From Eledone cirrhosa (Eukaryota): a stretch of DNA of 64,000 bases. The stretch spans positions 9,858,001-9,922,000 of the forward strand of contig OZ024740.1 in NCBI GenBank assembly GCA_964016885.1. The letters run 5' to 3'. The position numbers were made by a program, and so were the translations under genes. Below the pieces are notes generated by a model. That model was not told where the DNA came from. It saw only the letters and a program-made list of their open reading frames with translations, and ran no database searches. Of this stretch, positions 28,601-40,889 are shown in pieces. Positions within the stretch are counted from its first letter, which is position 1. Every line of letters starts with the position of its first letter.

Positions 28601-29056
28601 AGACACGGGCGCCCGGGCAGGGATCCCGCGAAAAAGATCTGTCCCAGATGCGTGCGCGACGAGGAAACCGTTGCGCATGCACTGGTACACTGCCCGGGCG
28701 TTGCCGATCTGTGGGGCTACGTCGAACGACTGCTGTCGCGTGTGGAGCCGATTCGATTAACCGCCGAGTCTGTGGTGAACATCAAGCCGCCTCCTCCTTT
28801 CAGAAATGAAGCAGAGGCGGTCTTTCTGTGCGTAATAGCCATGATGAAAGAGGTTGTGTGGTGGACGCGCCTGAAAGGTCTGAGGTCGGGTGACTTTCTC
28901 TCCGGCCATCACCTGGTTTACTTCTTCCGATACCACTTCGGAAAAAGGATCAGGATGGAGAGAGAAGTGCTTGGTCCCAGACAGTTTTATGAAAGGTGGG
29001 TGAAAGAAGCGAGAATGGCCCGTGTAAATGGGCCTTCTCTCTACATTGTTCTGTAG
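25619..29056 (+). pseudogene. Tx1 ORF2 (APE endonuclease + reverse transcriptase + zinc-finger-like C-terminus), two frameshifts
   Basis: LNARGL, GDWN, SYLDRF, SDHK (APE); KSPGLDG, FRPITLLN, LDQSKAFDRV, RQGCPLS, YADD (RT); CPRC..ETVAHALVHC; shifts near 25820 (G run) and 27190; ATA where subfamily B has ATG. Confidence 0.93.
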
Positions 29057-29331
29057 GTGAAGAAGTGAAGAGGAAAGGGGGAGCGCCTCCTCTCTGGGCT
29101 TCCCCCGCGAAAAGAGTTGCACACTTTTCGGGGGTATGTGCAATCCCCAACACGCCCCCTCTCTTTTGAGGACTTTTTATTGTTATATTATTATTGTTAT
29201 TCCTTTTTTCTTTACTCGATTTATGTAAACTCCCCCACTGTGTAAATGTCCTCTTCTTTTGTGCCCTCGTGGCAAATAAATAGAAATTTATCTATCTATC
29301 TATCTATCTATCAATCTATCTATCTATCTAT

Positions 29332-32300
29332 GCAGAGAGGAAAGTGCCTTTTCTCTTGACCACCAACATGGCTATGCTAAGAGTAGGCTGTTTAAATGCG
29401 CGTGGCCTGGGCTCAACTTGGAAGCAAGCAATGCTTCTAAATGACCTCAGGTCACAACGTATAGATGTGATGGTTATTTGCGAGGCCCGGATCAGCAACG
29501 TGCAACAGCTGGCCCCCACCTTTGATGACTTTGAGATGCACGCATCTCTCTGTCAGCCCGGAGGTGGGGGTGGGGTTGTCGTTCTGCTGCAAAAACATCT
29601 GGGTCTCGCAACACAGAGGGTACATTTGGACCAGGAGGGTCGACTAGTGGTTCTGGACCTTGGCAGTGGTGAAGGCGGAGCGTTTAGGTTCGTAGCCGTC
29701 TACGGCCCTTTCGGGTCAATGAGGCCGGACTTCTTCCATCGTCTGGAGACTTTTCTAGGGACGTCCCGCTCCTTGCTATTAGTGGGGGACTGAAATGGTA
29801 TCCTAGATGCACGCTGGGACTACATAGGAGCCTGTCCCGATAGAGAGGGGTGTAATAACCTCAATGGGTTAATCGATCTATTTGACCTGGCCGATAGATA
29901 TCGACTAGATTTTCCGACTGCGCCAACCTGGACTTGGGCAAATCGCAGTGGATCATCTAGGTCGTACCTAGATAGGTTCTTAGTTAGAATTAAGGATAGG
30001 GACTTCTTAAGTTGTCCAAAAATGCGCATGGTTGGCTATTCAGACCACAAGTTAGTGACCTGCATGGTCAACCTTGACAGAACGCATAGACAGGGACCCG
30101 GTTACTGGAAGCTCAACTTGTCCTTACCGGCAAGTAAGGCTTACAGGGACCGGATTAGCACTTTAGTTAAGGAGCGGTTGACGGGCGCCATCGTCAACAG
30201 CAGGTGGTGGGGATCTCTCAAAAGAGAGATTAGAGTAGTTTCTATAGAATTTAGTAAGGAGTTAGCCTCAAATAGAAATAGGAAGGAAAGGGAGTTGGTA
30301 GATAGTGTAGAAGAGGCAATTAGAAGCGGCGACGTGGCCAGAGTGCTAGCGTCGAGAACGGCCCTGGGCCAGTTCTTCGACGCGAAACACGAAGGCTGCA
30401 TCGTCCGAAGCAAAATACGTGCTCTGTGAAACGAGGGGACCAAATCTGTTAGCTGGGCCCGCGTGACAGAAGCCAAAAGAGGGAGTAGATCCACTATCCG
30501 GTCTTTGCGAGACCAGGATGGACGGGTGATCCTTGAGCCTAAGCGGATGTGCGAGGCTTTTCAAAAGCACTTTGCCGGATTGTTCGGAAGGGGCGGGGAG
30601 CCGGTTGGGGAAGTGGACTTTGGTCCATACCTCGACGGCCTGCCGCGTCTCTCGGACAAGGAGGCGAAGTCCTGCGAGGAGCCGATTTCAGCCGCTGAGA
30701 TAGAGGACGTGCTGAGTCAATGCGGCAAACGCAAATCCCCGGGTCTCGATGGTTTTCCATACGAACTATATCTAGCTATGCCGGACTTGTTCCCCGATCT
30801 CCTCGAGGCGGTCTACTGCAACTGGCAACAGAACGGGAGAATTCCCTGTGCTGTGACCAAGGGCGTAGTCCCGCTAGTGGGGAAGGACGAGAACAAGGGG
30901 GACGATATAAATAATTTCAGGCCCATAACTCTGCTAAATACAGAGTTACAGATTTTGGCCTAGGTGCTAGCAAAGAGGTTGGCGCTTGTCGTGGGCAACC
31001 TGGTGGGAGATGCGCAGACATGTTCTATCCAGTCCAGGTCCATCCACGACAACCTCCACCTCATGCGATACATCATAGAGAGGGTGGGGAACGAACCCGG
31101 CTTTGGCGGGGCCCTGATCAAATTGGATCAATCTAAGGCGTTCGATAGGGTCGACCATGGTTACCTGGATGCGGTGCTAGCGGCGGCAGGCTTCGGACCC
31201 GTTTTCAGGGGCTGGATCAATGCCATGCACAGCAGCCGCATCTGCTCTAGGGTCAAGGTGAACGGCTACCTCTCGGAGCCGTTCGAAATCGCGCGGTCCA
31301 TCCGACAGTGGTTCCCTCTCTCCTCCCTTATGTATGTAATGACTCTAGAGCCACTGCTGCGGAAGTTGGAGTTGTTGCAGGGCATCCCGTTGGAACATGG
31401 ATTGCGGAAAACGGTGTCGGCCTACGCCGACGACGTAAGAGTATTTGAGTCGACGGCCTCGGAAATCGGGGCGATCGGCACCTTACTGGAGGAGTACGAA
31501 AGGTTTACAGGGGCTAAGCTGAACCGGGACAAGTCGATCGGTCTGCAACTCGGCACGTGGAGGGGAAGATCGATGCCCTCCGATGGCGTCGTCGGGCGCT
31601 GGACGGAGGGCCCGATGAAGTTGCTCGGGGTCTGGTTAGGACCAGACCTCCAGGTGGAGAAGAACTGGGGTGAGGTAACGAACAGGGTGTTTGCACTGAC
31701 GCAGAAGTGGGCCGAGTGCAAACTGTCCCTGAAAGGTCGGGCGGAGGTGGCGAACACTTATATAGCGTCCGTCATCTACTACTGCCTGACCGTTGTGCCT
31801 TGCGCAAGGGAAGCGCTCGCCAAAATGGAGAGCGCACTCTTCCAATTCCTTTGGAAGAAGCGGGCTCCTATCGTGAGGAGATCCATCTGCTGTCAACACC
31901 CTTCGAAAGGAGGGCTGGGGATGCCGTGGTTAATGATACGTAAACACGCATTAAGGCTACGGCACCTTCAGGTATTCCTCACGGGTCAACCGGTGTGGGC
32001 CCCGTTTGTGAGGCGAGCCTTTCCCAGACTCGTCTCACTCACCAAGCTGCAATCCTGGGTGAAGCAAAGACAGAGAAAACTGGGCGCCTGGCACACCGAG
32101 TGTGCCCAGGCGCTCACGGCTCTCTGGCAGGCGGACCCGGCTGTCAGTGGAGAATCCACCTCGTCATTCTATAGAGGGCTGGTGGTTAGCAGGTGCGACA
32201 ACGCCCTCGGAGAAGCCCTAGGCATGGAGGAAGACGAACTCCAACCTGTTCGGTAGGACATTCAGCCACGGACCCGTGGATAACTTCCAGAGGTCCCTGG

Positions 32301-32900
32301 CCTGGCAGTGCTACAGAAGGGCTCTGCCCGTTCGAGAAAGGCTCTACAGACACGGACGCCTGGGTAGGGACCCCTCGAAAAATATGTCCCAGATGCGTGT
32401 GCGACGAGGAAACCGTTGCACACGGATTGGTACACTGCTCGGGCATTGCCGATCTGTGGGGCTATGTCGAACAACTGCTGTCAAGGGTGGGACCGATCCG
32501 GTTGACCACCGAGTCTATTGTAATGATCAAGCCGCCTCCCCTCTTCAAAAACTAAGGAGAAGCGGTGTTTCTGTGCGTAATAGCCATGGCGAAAGAGGTT
32601 GTATGGTGGACGCGTCTGAAAGGATTGAGGTCAGACACCTTTCTCTCTGGCCAACAACTGGTCCATTTCTTCCGATATCATTTCGGAAGAAGGATCAGGA
32701 TGGAGAGAGAGGTGCTGCACCCCCAGCCGTTTTTATGAAAGATGGGTGAAAGTGGCGAGAAAGGCCCGTGTGAATGGGCCTTCACTCTACATAAGACTAT
32801 AGGTGAGGAAGATGAAAGATCAAGGGAGCACCCCCTCTCTGTGCTCCTGAGGAGAAGGGTTGCATACTTTTTATCGGGGGGGTGTGCGACCCCCCAAGGC
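29332..32900 (+). mobile_element. Tx1 subfamily B copy 1, 5'-truncated, ORF2 pseudogene, 3' UTR broken
   Basis: Colinear with element A ORF2; stops at 29791, 30427, 30961; starts immediately after the (TCTA)n tract of element A. Confidence 0.93.
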
Positions 32901-33129
32901 CTCGCCGCTTCTAATTGCCTCTTCTAGACTATCTACCAACTCCCTTTCCTTCCTATTTCTATTTGAGGCTAACTCCTTACTAAATTCTATAGAAACTACT
33001 CTAATCTCTCTTTTGAGAGATCCCCACCACCTGCTGTTGACGATGGCGCCCGTCAACCGCTCCTTAACTAAAGTGCTAATCCGGTCCCTGTAAGCCTTAC
33101 TTGCCGGTAAGGACAAGTTGAGCTTCCAG
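32901..33129 (-). mobile_element. Inverted internal fragment of Tx1 subfamily B ORF2
   Basis: Reverse complement of about 30105-30333 (LPASKAYRDRIS...EEAIRSG). Confidence 0.92.
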
Positions 33130-33362
33130 CAAGAGTATTATGGTGGTTGTAGTGGTAAGGTATTTTTTATATAGATAAAAAATGTATGTGTGCAGAAAAA
33201 GAAAAAGAAGAAGAAAGAGAAAAAGAAAGTTATAGTTCTCGTATCCACCACCATTTATAACTTTCTTTTTCTCTTGCTTCTTCTTTTTCTTTTTCTACAC
33301 ACATACTTTTTTTATCTATACAAAAAATACCCTACCACTACAACCACCATACTACTCTTGCT
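33128..33362. repeat. Fold-back / MITE-like inverted repeat, arms about 107 bp, loop about 21 nt
   Basis: AGCAAGAGTA...GAAAGTTATA pairs with TATAACTTTC...TACTCTTGCT. Confidence 0.88.
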
Positions 33363-33772
33363 TACCCGCTTAAAGTGCTTGTATTACATGTAACACCTTG
33401 CCACCCAATAATCGTATATAAATGAGACACACTTGCATGCTCCATGTGTGACTAACGCATACACTACCTACTAGATCTGACTATCAAACTATCCCCTTGC
33501 ATTATCTGTGTTATCTGCCGAATGTATTTTAATCTTGTATTTTGATTTTGATTTTGTTTTTGAATTTGAATTGCTGTACAAATATAGTATAGTATAATAT
33601 ATGTCACTCCACTGTACATCAATATATATATATGTATCTGTATGTCTCTTGCGTTGGAAAGGAGGTCAATTATATGTACAAACATTGAAAAATGTTCCGA
33701 AGACCTCAAGCCTAGGTTTGGATGAAACAATTGTAAGTGAATAAATGCTTTAAACATAGCTTTGATTCTTGT

Positions 33773-33838
<66 letters not shown>

Positions 33839-33841
<3 letters not shown>

Positions 33842-33895
33842 CAGAAATAGCCGTCGAAACGGCTTGAGCTCTGCCGTCGAGGTCATACTTTTTCC

Positions 33896-33897
<2 letters not shown>
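33839..33897 (-). mobile_element. Fragment of a short (TA)n-embedded fold-back element
   Basis: Reverse complement matches the core of 35694-35755 and 62996-63045. Confidence 0.75.
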
Positions 33898-33936
<39 letters not shown>

Positions 33937-34120
33937 CTACATCCACCCATACACACATCCACCCATACACACGAAATAACAATCATTAGATGGTTAGCTA
34001 GGATGTTTTTTGGTATTACTGTTGGTACTCTTGAATTCAAATCTCCCCGAAACGAACTTGACCTCTTGAGGTTGCTAAATAAAGTACCCCACCTGTATTG
34101 TAGTCAATACGTTTACTGCT

Positions 34121-34163
<43 letters not shown>

Positions 34164-34327
34164 CTCCCTCTCTCTCTCCCTCTCTCTCTCCCTTTCTCCC
34201 TCTATATCCCTCTCTCTCCCTCTTACCCCCTCTCTCTCTTGCCACAGAGATCTATATATACCAGGTAAAAAGACAACGCCGTACATACCGACGCCGCCGC
34301 TATAACCTCATCGGCAGGTTACAGTCC

Positions 34328-35538
34328 ACATACACACACATGCATACGCACACATGCATACACACACACACACACACACACACACATACGTACACACACG
34401 CATACACACGCATACACACACACACCCACACATGCATACACACACACACACACACATGCATACACACATGCATACACACACATATGCATACACACATACA
34501 CACACACATGAATACACACATACACACACACATGCATACACACATACAAACGCACACACACGCACACTCATACACACACACGCACTCCTACACACATACA
34601 CACACTCATACACACACACACTCATACACACACACACGCACTCATACACACGCACATACACACACACACATATACACACATACACACACATGCATACACA
34701 CGTGTGCACGCACACACACACACACACACACACACGTGTATATATATATATATATATATACATACACACACACATACACATACACACACATACCCACACA
34801 CATACAGACACGCACACACATACACATACACACACGTACAGACATACACATACACACACACATATATATATTTATATATATATGTACATACATACACACA
34901 CACATATATATATGTATATATATATATATGCACATATACACACACATAAACATTTGTCTGTGTATGTATGTATGTGTGTGTGTTGTATACACACACATCT
35001 ACATACGTGTGTATACGTACCCGCGCCGGCGTGTACAAACGTAATATGAATGAACCTATTTTCTATATAGAATACGATGTGTGTGTTTGTGTGTGTGTTT
35101 GTGAATGCTTGTGCGTGTGTACGTGTGTATGAGTGTTTGTGTGTGTGAGTGTGAGTGTCTGTAAGTGTGAGTGTGTGTGAGTGTGTTTGTGTGTGTTTGT
35201 GTGTGTTTGTGTGTGCTTGTGTGTGTATGTGTGTATGAGTGTGAGTGTGTGTGTGAGTGTGTTTGTGTGTTTGTGTGTGTTTGTGTGTGTGAGTGTGAGT
35301 GTGTGTTTGTGTGTGTTTGTGTGTGTGTATGTGTGTGTGTGTTTGTTTGTGTGTGTGTGTATGTGTGTGTGTGCGTGTGTGAGTGTGAGTGTGTGTGTTT
35401 GTGTGTGTTTGTGTGTTTGTGTGTGTATGAGTGTGTGTGAGTGTGAGTGTGAGTGTGAGTGTCTTTGAGTGTGTGTGTGTATGTGTATGGGTGTGTGTGT
35501 GTGTGAGTGTGTGTGTGTGCGTGTGTGTGTGTATGTAT

Positions 35539-35601
<63 letters not shown>

Positions 35602-35614
35602 TGTGTGTGTGTGT
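34328..35614. repeat. Degenerate (CA)n tract facing a degenerate (TG)n tract
   Basis: CA-rich about 34328-35000; TG-rich about 35078-35614. Confidence 0.92.
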
Positions 35615-35693
35615 GAGAGAGAAAGAGAGGGATAGCAGGCAGAGAAACCCATGGATAGATAGATTGAGAGAGAGAATCATATATATATATATA

Positions 35694-35861
35694 TAGGAAA
35701 ATGTTCAAGACCCCGACGGCAGAGCTGAAGCCGTTTCGACGGCTATTTCTGGACATTTTCCTATTACCTTGAACATTATCCTATTACCCACTCTACTACC
35801 CTAAGTATTCAGTACTCTGGTGCGTTATGGTCCATCTGGTTCCTTACCACACCTCCTTCGT
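35694..35861 (+). mobile_element. Short (~165 bp) non-autonomous element in (TA)n, probably derived from a Penelope-like terminal repeat
   Basis: Homologous to 62996-63150, 49801-49898 and 46375-46420; TA repeats on both sides. Confidence 0.7.
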
Positions 35862-36077
35862 TATATATATATATATATATATATATTTAGGTTTGTGGTT
35901 CACCACTGGATAGAACTGGTCATTCCGTATGGTCAATCTTGGTGTAATATTGTGGAGAGTACTCAATGTAGTGCAGTTCACCCGTCTTCGTTTGTGTAGT
36001 TTGTGGTGCGAATACGGAGTTAATTATAAATGAAATAACAGGAGGTTGGACTGGTGTAAATCCTTGAAAGGTTTATT

Positions 36078-36135
36078 ATACTATGATCATTTCAATGACA
36101 GGGTTCCATATGAATCCGGTGATATCATCAGGTAT
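36078..36135 (-). ncRNA. Type I hammerhead ribozyme-like motif
   Basis: AUAC-CUGAUGA-stem II-GAAA-UGAUCAUA-GUAU on the minus strand. Confidence 0.55.
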
Positions 36136-36260
36136 TCGAAATATAACAAAGGAATATGAGGGCCACTGGCCGAGTTGAAAGCAGCTAGTTGGTCAGTCGT
36201 CCTCTCTGTCTCTGATTTTTCGGACCCATGGTTTTTTACATATTCCTTTGTTATATTCCA

Positions 36261-36318
36261 ATACCTGATGATATCACCAGATTCATATGGAACCCGGTCA
36301 TTGAAATGATCATAGTAT
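36261..36318 (+). ncRNA. Type I hammerhead ribozyme-like motif
   Basis: ATAC CTGATGA [stem II] GAAA TGATCATA GTAT; 4-bp stem I; palindromic ATGATCAT stem III; atypical U-U at the base of stem II. Confidence 0.55.
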
Positions 36319-36357
36319 AATAAACCTTTCAAGGATTTCCCCCAGTCCAGCCTCCTG

Positions 36358-36398
<41 letters not shown>

Positions 36399-36942
36399 TA
36401 TTAGCTGGCAGAGAAACTCAGACATAGATAGATTGATTGAGAGAGTGAGAGGAAGAGACAGAGGGGGAGAGATAGAGAAAGAGAGAGGGAAAAAGAGAGA
36501 AAGGGAGAGGGAAAGAGTAGGAGAGCAAGTCTCCCACCAACTGCACTTTTTCTACAACTATTACTACTAGTACAACTTCTACCAAGAGCAGCAGTAGCAG
36601 CTGTAGCACTACTATCACCACCACTACTACTACTACTACCACCACCACCACTACTACTGCTGCTGCTGTAACTACTTTCAGTGAGACAAGCGCAGTGTGG
36701 GTCGTTGTGCTGGAGAGTGTAGCGTGAGAGATGTGTGGTCCAAGTTATAATCTCCACCACTACCACCATCATCATCGTCACTACCACGGACACTAGTAGT
36801 ATTACTACCTCTGGAACTACTATTACCACCACCACTACTACTACTAATAGTACTACTAGTAGTACTATTACCGATACTACTTGTACTACATCGGCAATCT
36901 GCTACTGTGTTTTCAGTTAGGATCGGTACATTTCGAACGAAT

Positions 36943-37665
36943 ATGGGGGAAGACGTAACGATATCTGACGGCCTTACTAAGGCGGTGGATGACGGGGAGA
37001 GCCAACACCACCACCAACAACAGGAACAACAACATAATAAACAACAGCAACAACAACAACTACAACTACCACAGCGCAATCACAACTACCCACAAGTCCA
37101 ACACCGTAAACGGATCACCGACTCCAATCAACGGCCTCCCTTTATGCGAAGGGTTTTTAAAGCTTCTTTTCCTCCCACCAACACCACCACAACAACATCA
37201 ATAACAGCAGCAACAGCAGTAGTAGCAACAACAACACCAACAATAATAACTGTAACATCAGCATCATTATCTTCTTCTCTCTCCTGTTCCTTCTCTTCCT
37301 TTTCCTCCTCCTCATCATCATCATCATCGTCGTCATCCACAACAAAAACTACTACTACTACTACTTCTACTACTACTACTAGTACTACTACTGCTACTAA
37401 TGCTACTAATGCTGCAACAATTTTTAACGAAGTTAAAAACATTAGCAATGTGTTTACAAAATCAACATTGGGTACGCAGGATTCGATCGTGAAACTAACA
37501 CCAATCGCCACATGTCGCTCGGTCAGTCTCCCGGATATTATTGACAGTGCGACAATTAAGACGTCACCGGTGCTCCGGTTTGAGCCGGGTAATAAGGAAG
37601 GGGAGAAATGGCAACAACGCAAGGAAAGGATAGAGTCGGCTCTAGCGTGGGTTCGATCCGAACTG
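36943..37665 (+). CDS. Probable host coding exon, FAM167-like protein N-terminal part
   Basis: 241 open codons from ATG 36943; Q/T/S low complexity, then ERIESALAWVRSEL (resembles the start of the FAM167 domain, I..A..W.R.EL), ending at CTG|GTGAGT in phase 0; downstream exon not found in the window. Confidence 0.6.
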
Positions 37666-37862
37666 GTGAGTCTTAGTTTTTATTTCAGTTTTTCTTCTTT
37701 TTTTCATGTATATTGTTGTTGTTTATCTATCTTTAGGTCTATTTCTTCCCAAGCGTCAATCTAATAAGAATTTGTTGTTTTTTTTGTAGTTTTTTTTTGC
37801 ATCACAAAGTTTGTTTTGTTTATTCTTGAACTATATATAAAGAAATAATCAAGAAAGCTTTC

Positions 37863-37986
37863 CTGATGATTTCTTTTGAATGAAACAGTTCTAGTCCTGT
37901 ATATTTCTATATTAAACTTGATGTTTACACTCTATTAATGTATTGAGTACCTTACTAACTATGGTTACCCCCGATTGAACCCGGGA

Positions 37987-37988
<2 letters not shown>
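37863..37988 (+). mobile_element. Pseudo-LTR-like remnant with a degenerate hammerhead core
   Basis: CTGATGA-T-TTC-TTTT-GAA-T-GAAAC; shares segments with 38726-38830, one of them inverted. Confidence 0.45.
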
Positions 37989-38022
<34 letters not shown>

Positions 38023-38837
38023 TGTATGTTTATGTATATATATTACTGTATCAAGCGTTAAACTAACATATTTCTTCATTGTACTGTGTCGTTTGCTTTG
38101 TTATTTCTGTTAATTGTTTTGCACACACACACACACAAACACACACACACATACACAGACACACACATAAACACACACACGCACAAAAACACACAAACAC
38201 ACACAAATACAGACAAACTCACACACACACACACACACACACACGCAAACAATTAACGGAAACAACAAAGGACAGTAAAAATGTAGAAAATAATTATATT
38301 TATATGAAATACGTTTGTTTCTTTCCATTTTGGGGAAGTCATCGCAATGAAGGTAACTACAAATAATAGTTGCGTATGTCAGGTAAGATACCTCTGGAAA
38401 AGCCATCGGGAATCGAACCACGCATCTACCATATGCCGGATGACCACACGTAATCATCACACACACACACACACACACATATATGAGCAAGTTAATTGTT
38501 AGGTGGGGGGAAACTCGAGTGTAACAGTCCAATAGTCTGCCGGAGCAGTCACAATAATCTATTATACCCTAATATAGTAGTAACTACTTTTTTACCTCTC
38601 GTAAAAACTAACAGGCATATATGTATACAGACATACACTCACACACACACACACCCTCACACACACACTCTTACACACACACACACTCTCACACACACAT
38701 ATATATAGAGAGAGAAATGGCTTCTACAGGACTAGAACTGTTTCAATGTATTGAGTACCTTACTTACTGTGGTTACGTCCGATTGAACCCGAGATAGTGC
38801 ACCTGAGCTCTGTACCCAATAATTTCATTATATATAT

Positions 38838-39480
38838 ATACCCATACATATATACCCATACATATATATCCATACATATATACCCATACATATATACCCA
38901 TACATATATATCCATACATATATACCCATACATATATATCCATACATATATATCCATACATATATATCCATACATATATACCCATACATATATACCCATA
39001 CATATATACCCATACATATATATCCATACATATATATCCATACATATATACCCATACATATATATCCATACATATATATCCATACATATATACCCATACA
39101 TATATACCCATACATATATATCCATACATATATACCCATACATATATACCCATACATATATATCCATACATATATATCCACACATATATACCCATACATA
39201 TATACCCATACATATATATCCATACATATATATCCATACATATATACCCATACATATATATCCATACATATATATCCATACATATATACCCATACATATA
39301 TACCCATACATATATATCCATACATATATATCCATACATATATACCCATACATATATATCCATACATATATACCCATACATATATACCCATACATATATA
39401 TCTATACATATATACCCATACATATATACCCATACATATATATCCATACATATATATCCATACGTTTATATCCATACATA
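38838..39480. repeat. 14-16-bp minisatellite (YCCATACATATATA[TA])n
   Basis: Direct reading. Confidence 0.95.
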
Positions 39481-39496
39481 TACACACCTGTTTATA

Positions 39497-39646
39497 TGGG
39501 GAAAGTATCTCAGTGTGATTAAGAAAGTTGCCTTGTATTCCCGTGGTTTTCGAGTTTGGTCAAACCGCGTGGTATCTTCGGCAAATATTCTCCACTACAG
39601 GGCTTGACCAATGCTTTTGTAGTGAAATTTGGTAGATGGAAACTGT
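39497..39646 (+). mobile_element. Degenerate octopod tRNA-derived SINE
   Basis: Resembles the Octopus SINE body ending ...GTGAAATTTGGTAGATGGAAACTG (recognised from memory, not searched). Confidence 0.55.
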
Positions 39647-39728
39647 CCTATACACACTTCAACAGCATTCTAATCAATGTGTGTATATACTTTCTGGGAC
39701 ATCCTATATATATATATATATATATATA

Positions 39729-40337
39729 TGTCAGGTCACCAGTTGGTGCTACTGGTAACATGTATCCCAGTACAACCTGTCCCATGGTCGGGTCGTTGGC
39801 GACTAAACTGGCAACCCCACCAAGGTTTCTTGGTGAGGAGGGTGACTTTGGACATCCTGCAGGACTAAAAACAAAACCTGTCAAAGGGCAAAGGAGCTCT
39901 TAAGAGTCAATGGCCATCCAAAATCACCGGGAGAGATGACCCCTTAGCCTTTGTCAAGGCAGAATTCTAGGAGAAGGAAAACTCTGATATCACACCTGCA
40001 ACCCTGATGATATCCAATGATGTTGACTTGTTCTTCTTTTTGGTAAATATCATCTTGGTTAAGAGAGTGGGACTGGCTTTGTGCAGTGCCTTTGCTCACT
40101 ATAAAAACTTCACGGCACAGGCATTGCTTTATATCTGGAGATCTCTCTGCACTTGTCGTCACATGGTACCATGGGCCCAGCACTATGTGTCAATAATTGT
40201 CACATGTGTAGTGTTTGTACCAAAGTTTTCAAGTCGCTGGCCGGACTGAAAAGTCACACTCGTTCAGCGCATCGGAAGGAGTCCTCCTACATGGATATAA
40301 AGTAGTGGCCGTACTCGAAAACGAGTTGGCAGCCACC

Positions 40338-40338
<1 letters not shown>
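39729..40338 (+). mobile_element. ~600-bp non-coding interspersed element with an RTE 5'UTR-like motif, copy 1
   Basis: Highly similar to 60053-60641 with the same termini; CTAGGAGAAGGAAAACTCTGAT motif; sits in (TA)n. Confidence 0.75.
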
Positions 40339-40370
<32 letters not shown>

Positions 40371-40404
40371 TTGTTATACTTGGGAAAGATCATATTATTG
40401 TAAT

Positions 40405-40568
40405 AATTCTTTCTACATTTTGGCACAAGGCCAGTAATTACCCAGTACATTACTGGTACTTTATTTTATCGACCCCGTAAGGATGAAAGGCAAAGTTAAC
40501 CGTGGCAGGATTTGAACTCAGATCGTAAGGGGACGTAACTAGCTGGAAAGCATGTCCGACCATTGCCA
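40405..40568 (-). mobile_element. tRNA-derived SINE with Nin/Deu-like core
   Basis: Minus strand has B box GTTCAAATCC, core TTTGCCTTTCATCC..GGGGTCGATAAAATAAAGTACC and an ATT tail. Confidence 0.85.
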
Positions 40569-40800
40569 GATAATAACAGAACACACTCACTGTTTGGTTG
40601 GTTTTCGCTTCTGTATCTTTTATATCTCCATAGTTAATTTATTTGGCAATCAATGTTTATCATTGACTGACCAACGGTTAAAAATACAGATATAAATATA
40701 TATATATAATCTATCAAATAAATTAACTGTGGAGATATAGAAGATACAGAAGCGAAAACCAGCCAAACAGTGAGTGTGTTCTGATATTATTTCTGGCAAT
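40562..40800. repeat. Inverted repeat, arms about 85 bp
   Basis: 40562-40645 is the reverse complement of 40715-40800 with few mismatches. Confidence 0.88.
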
Positions 40801-40832
40801 ATTATTACAACAATATGACCCTCCCCAAGTAT

Positions 40833-40889
<57 letters not shown>

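Larger units (their letters stand above)
23568..29290 (+). mobile_element. Near-full-length Tx1-clade (L1 superfamily) non-LTR retrotransposon, subfamily A
   Basis: 5' UTR, ORF1 with a CCHC knuckle, ORF2 with APE endonuclease, RT and C-terminal Cys/His motif, 3' UTR with AATAAA at 29275; (CTAT)n tracts on both flanks (23546-23567, 29289-29331). Confidence 0.93.
35886..36363. mobile_element. Penelope-like pseudo-LTR remnant in inverted arrangement
   Basis: Arms 36033-36158 and 36239-36363 are inverted copies, each with a hammerhead motif followed by AATAAA; (TA)n flanks. Confidence 0.65.

Noticed and set aside
34300-35756. Long His/Thr and Cys/Val ORFs (also 38760-39522 and 63046-63592)
   Set aside because: Translations of CA, TG and TA microsatellites
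38402-38462. tRNA gene (B box GGTTCGATTCC on the minus strand)
   Set aside because: No cloverleaf could be built; probably a decayed SINE head
39650-39707. Tc1/mariner terminal inverted repeat (TAGGATGTCCCAGAAAG on the minus strand)
   Set aside because: Only one end, with no partner repeat or transposase
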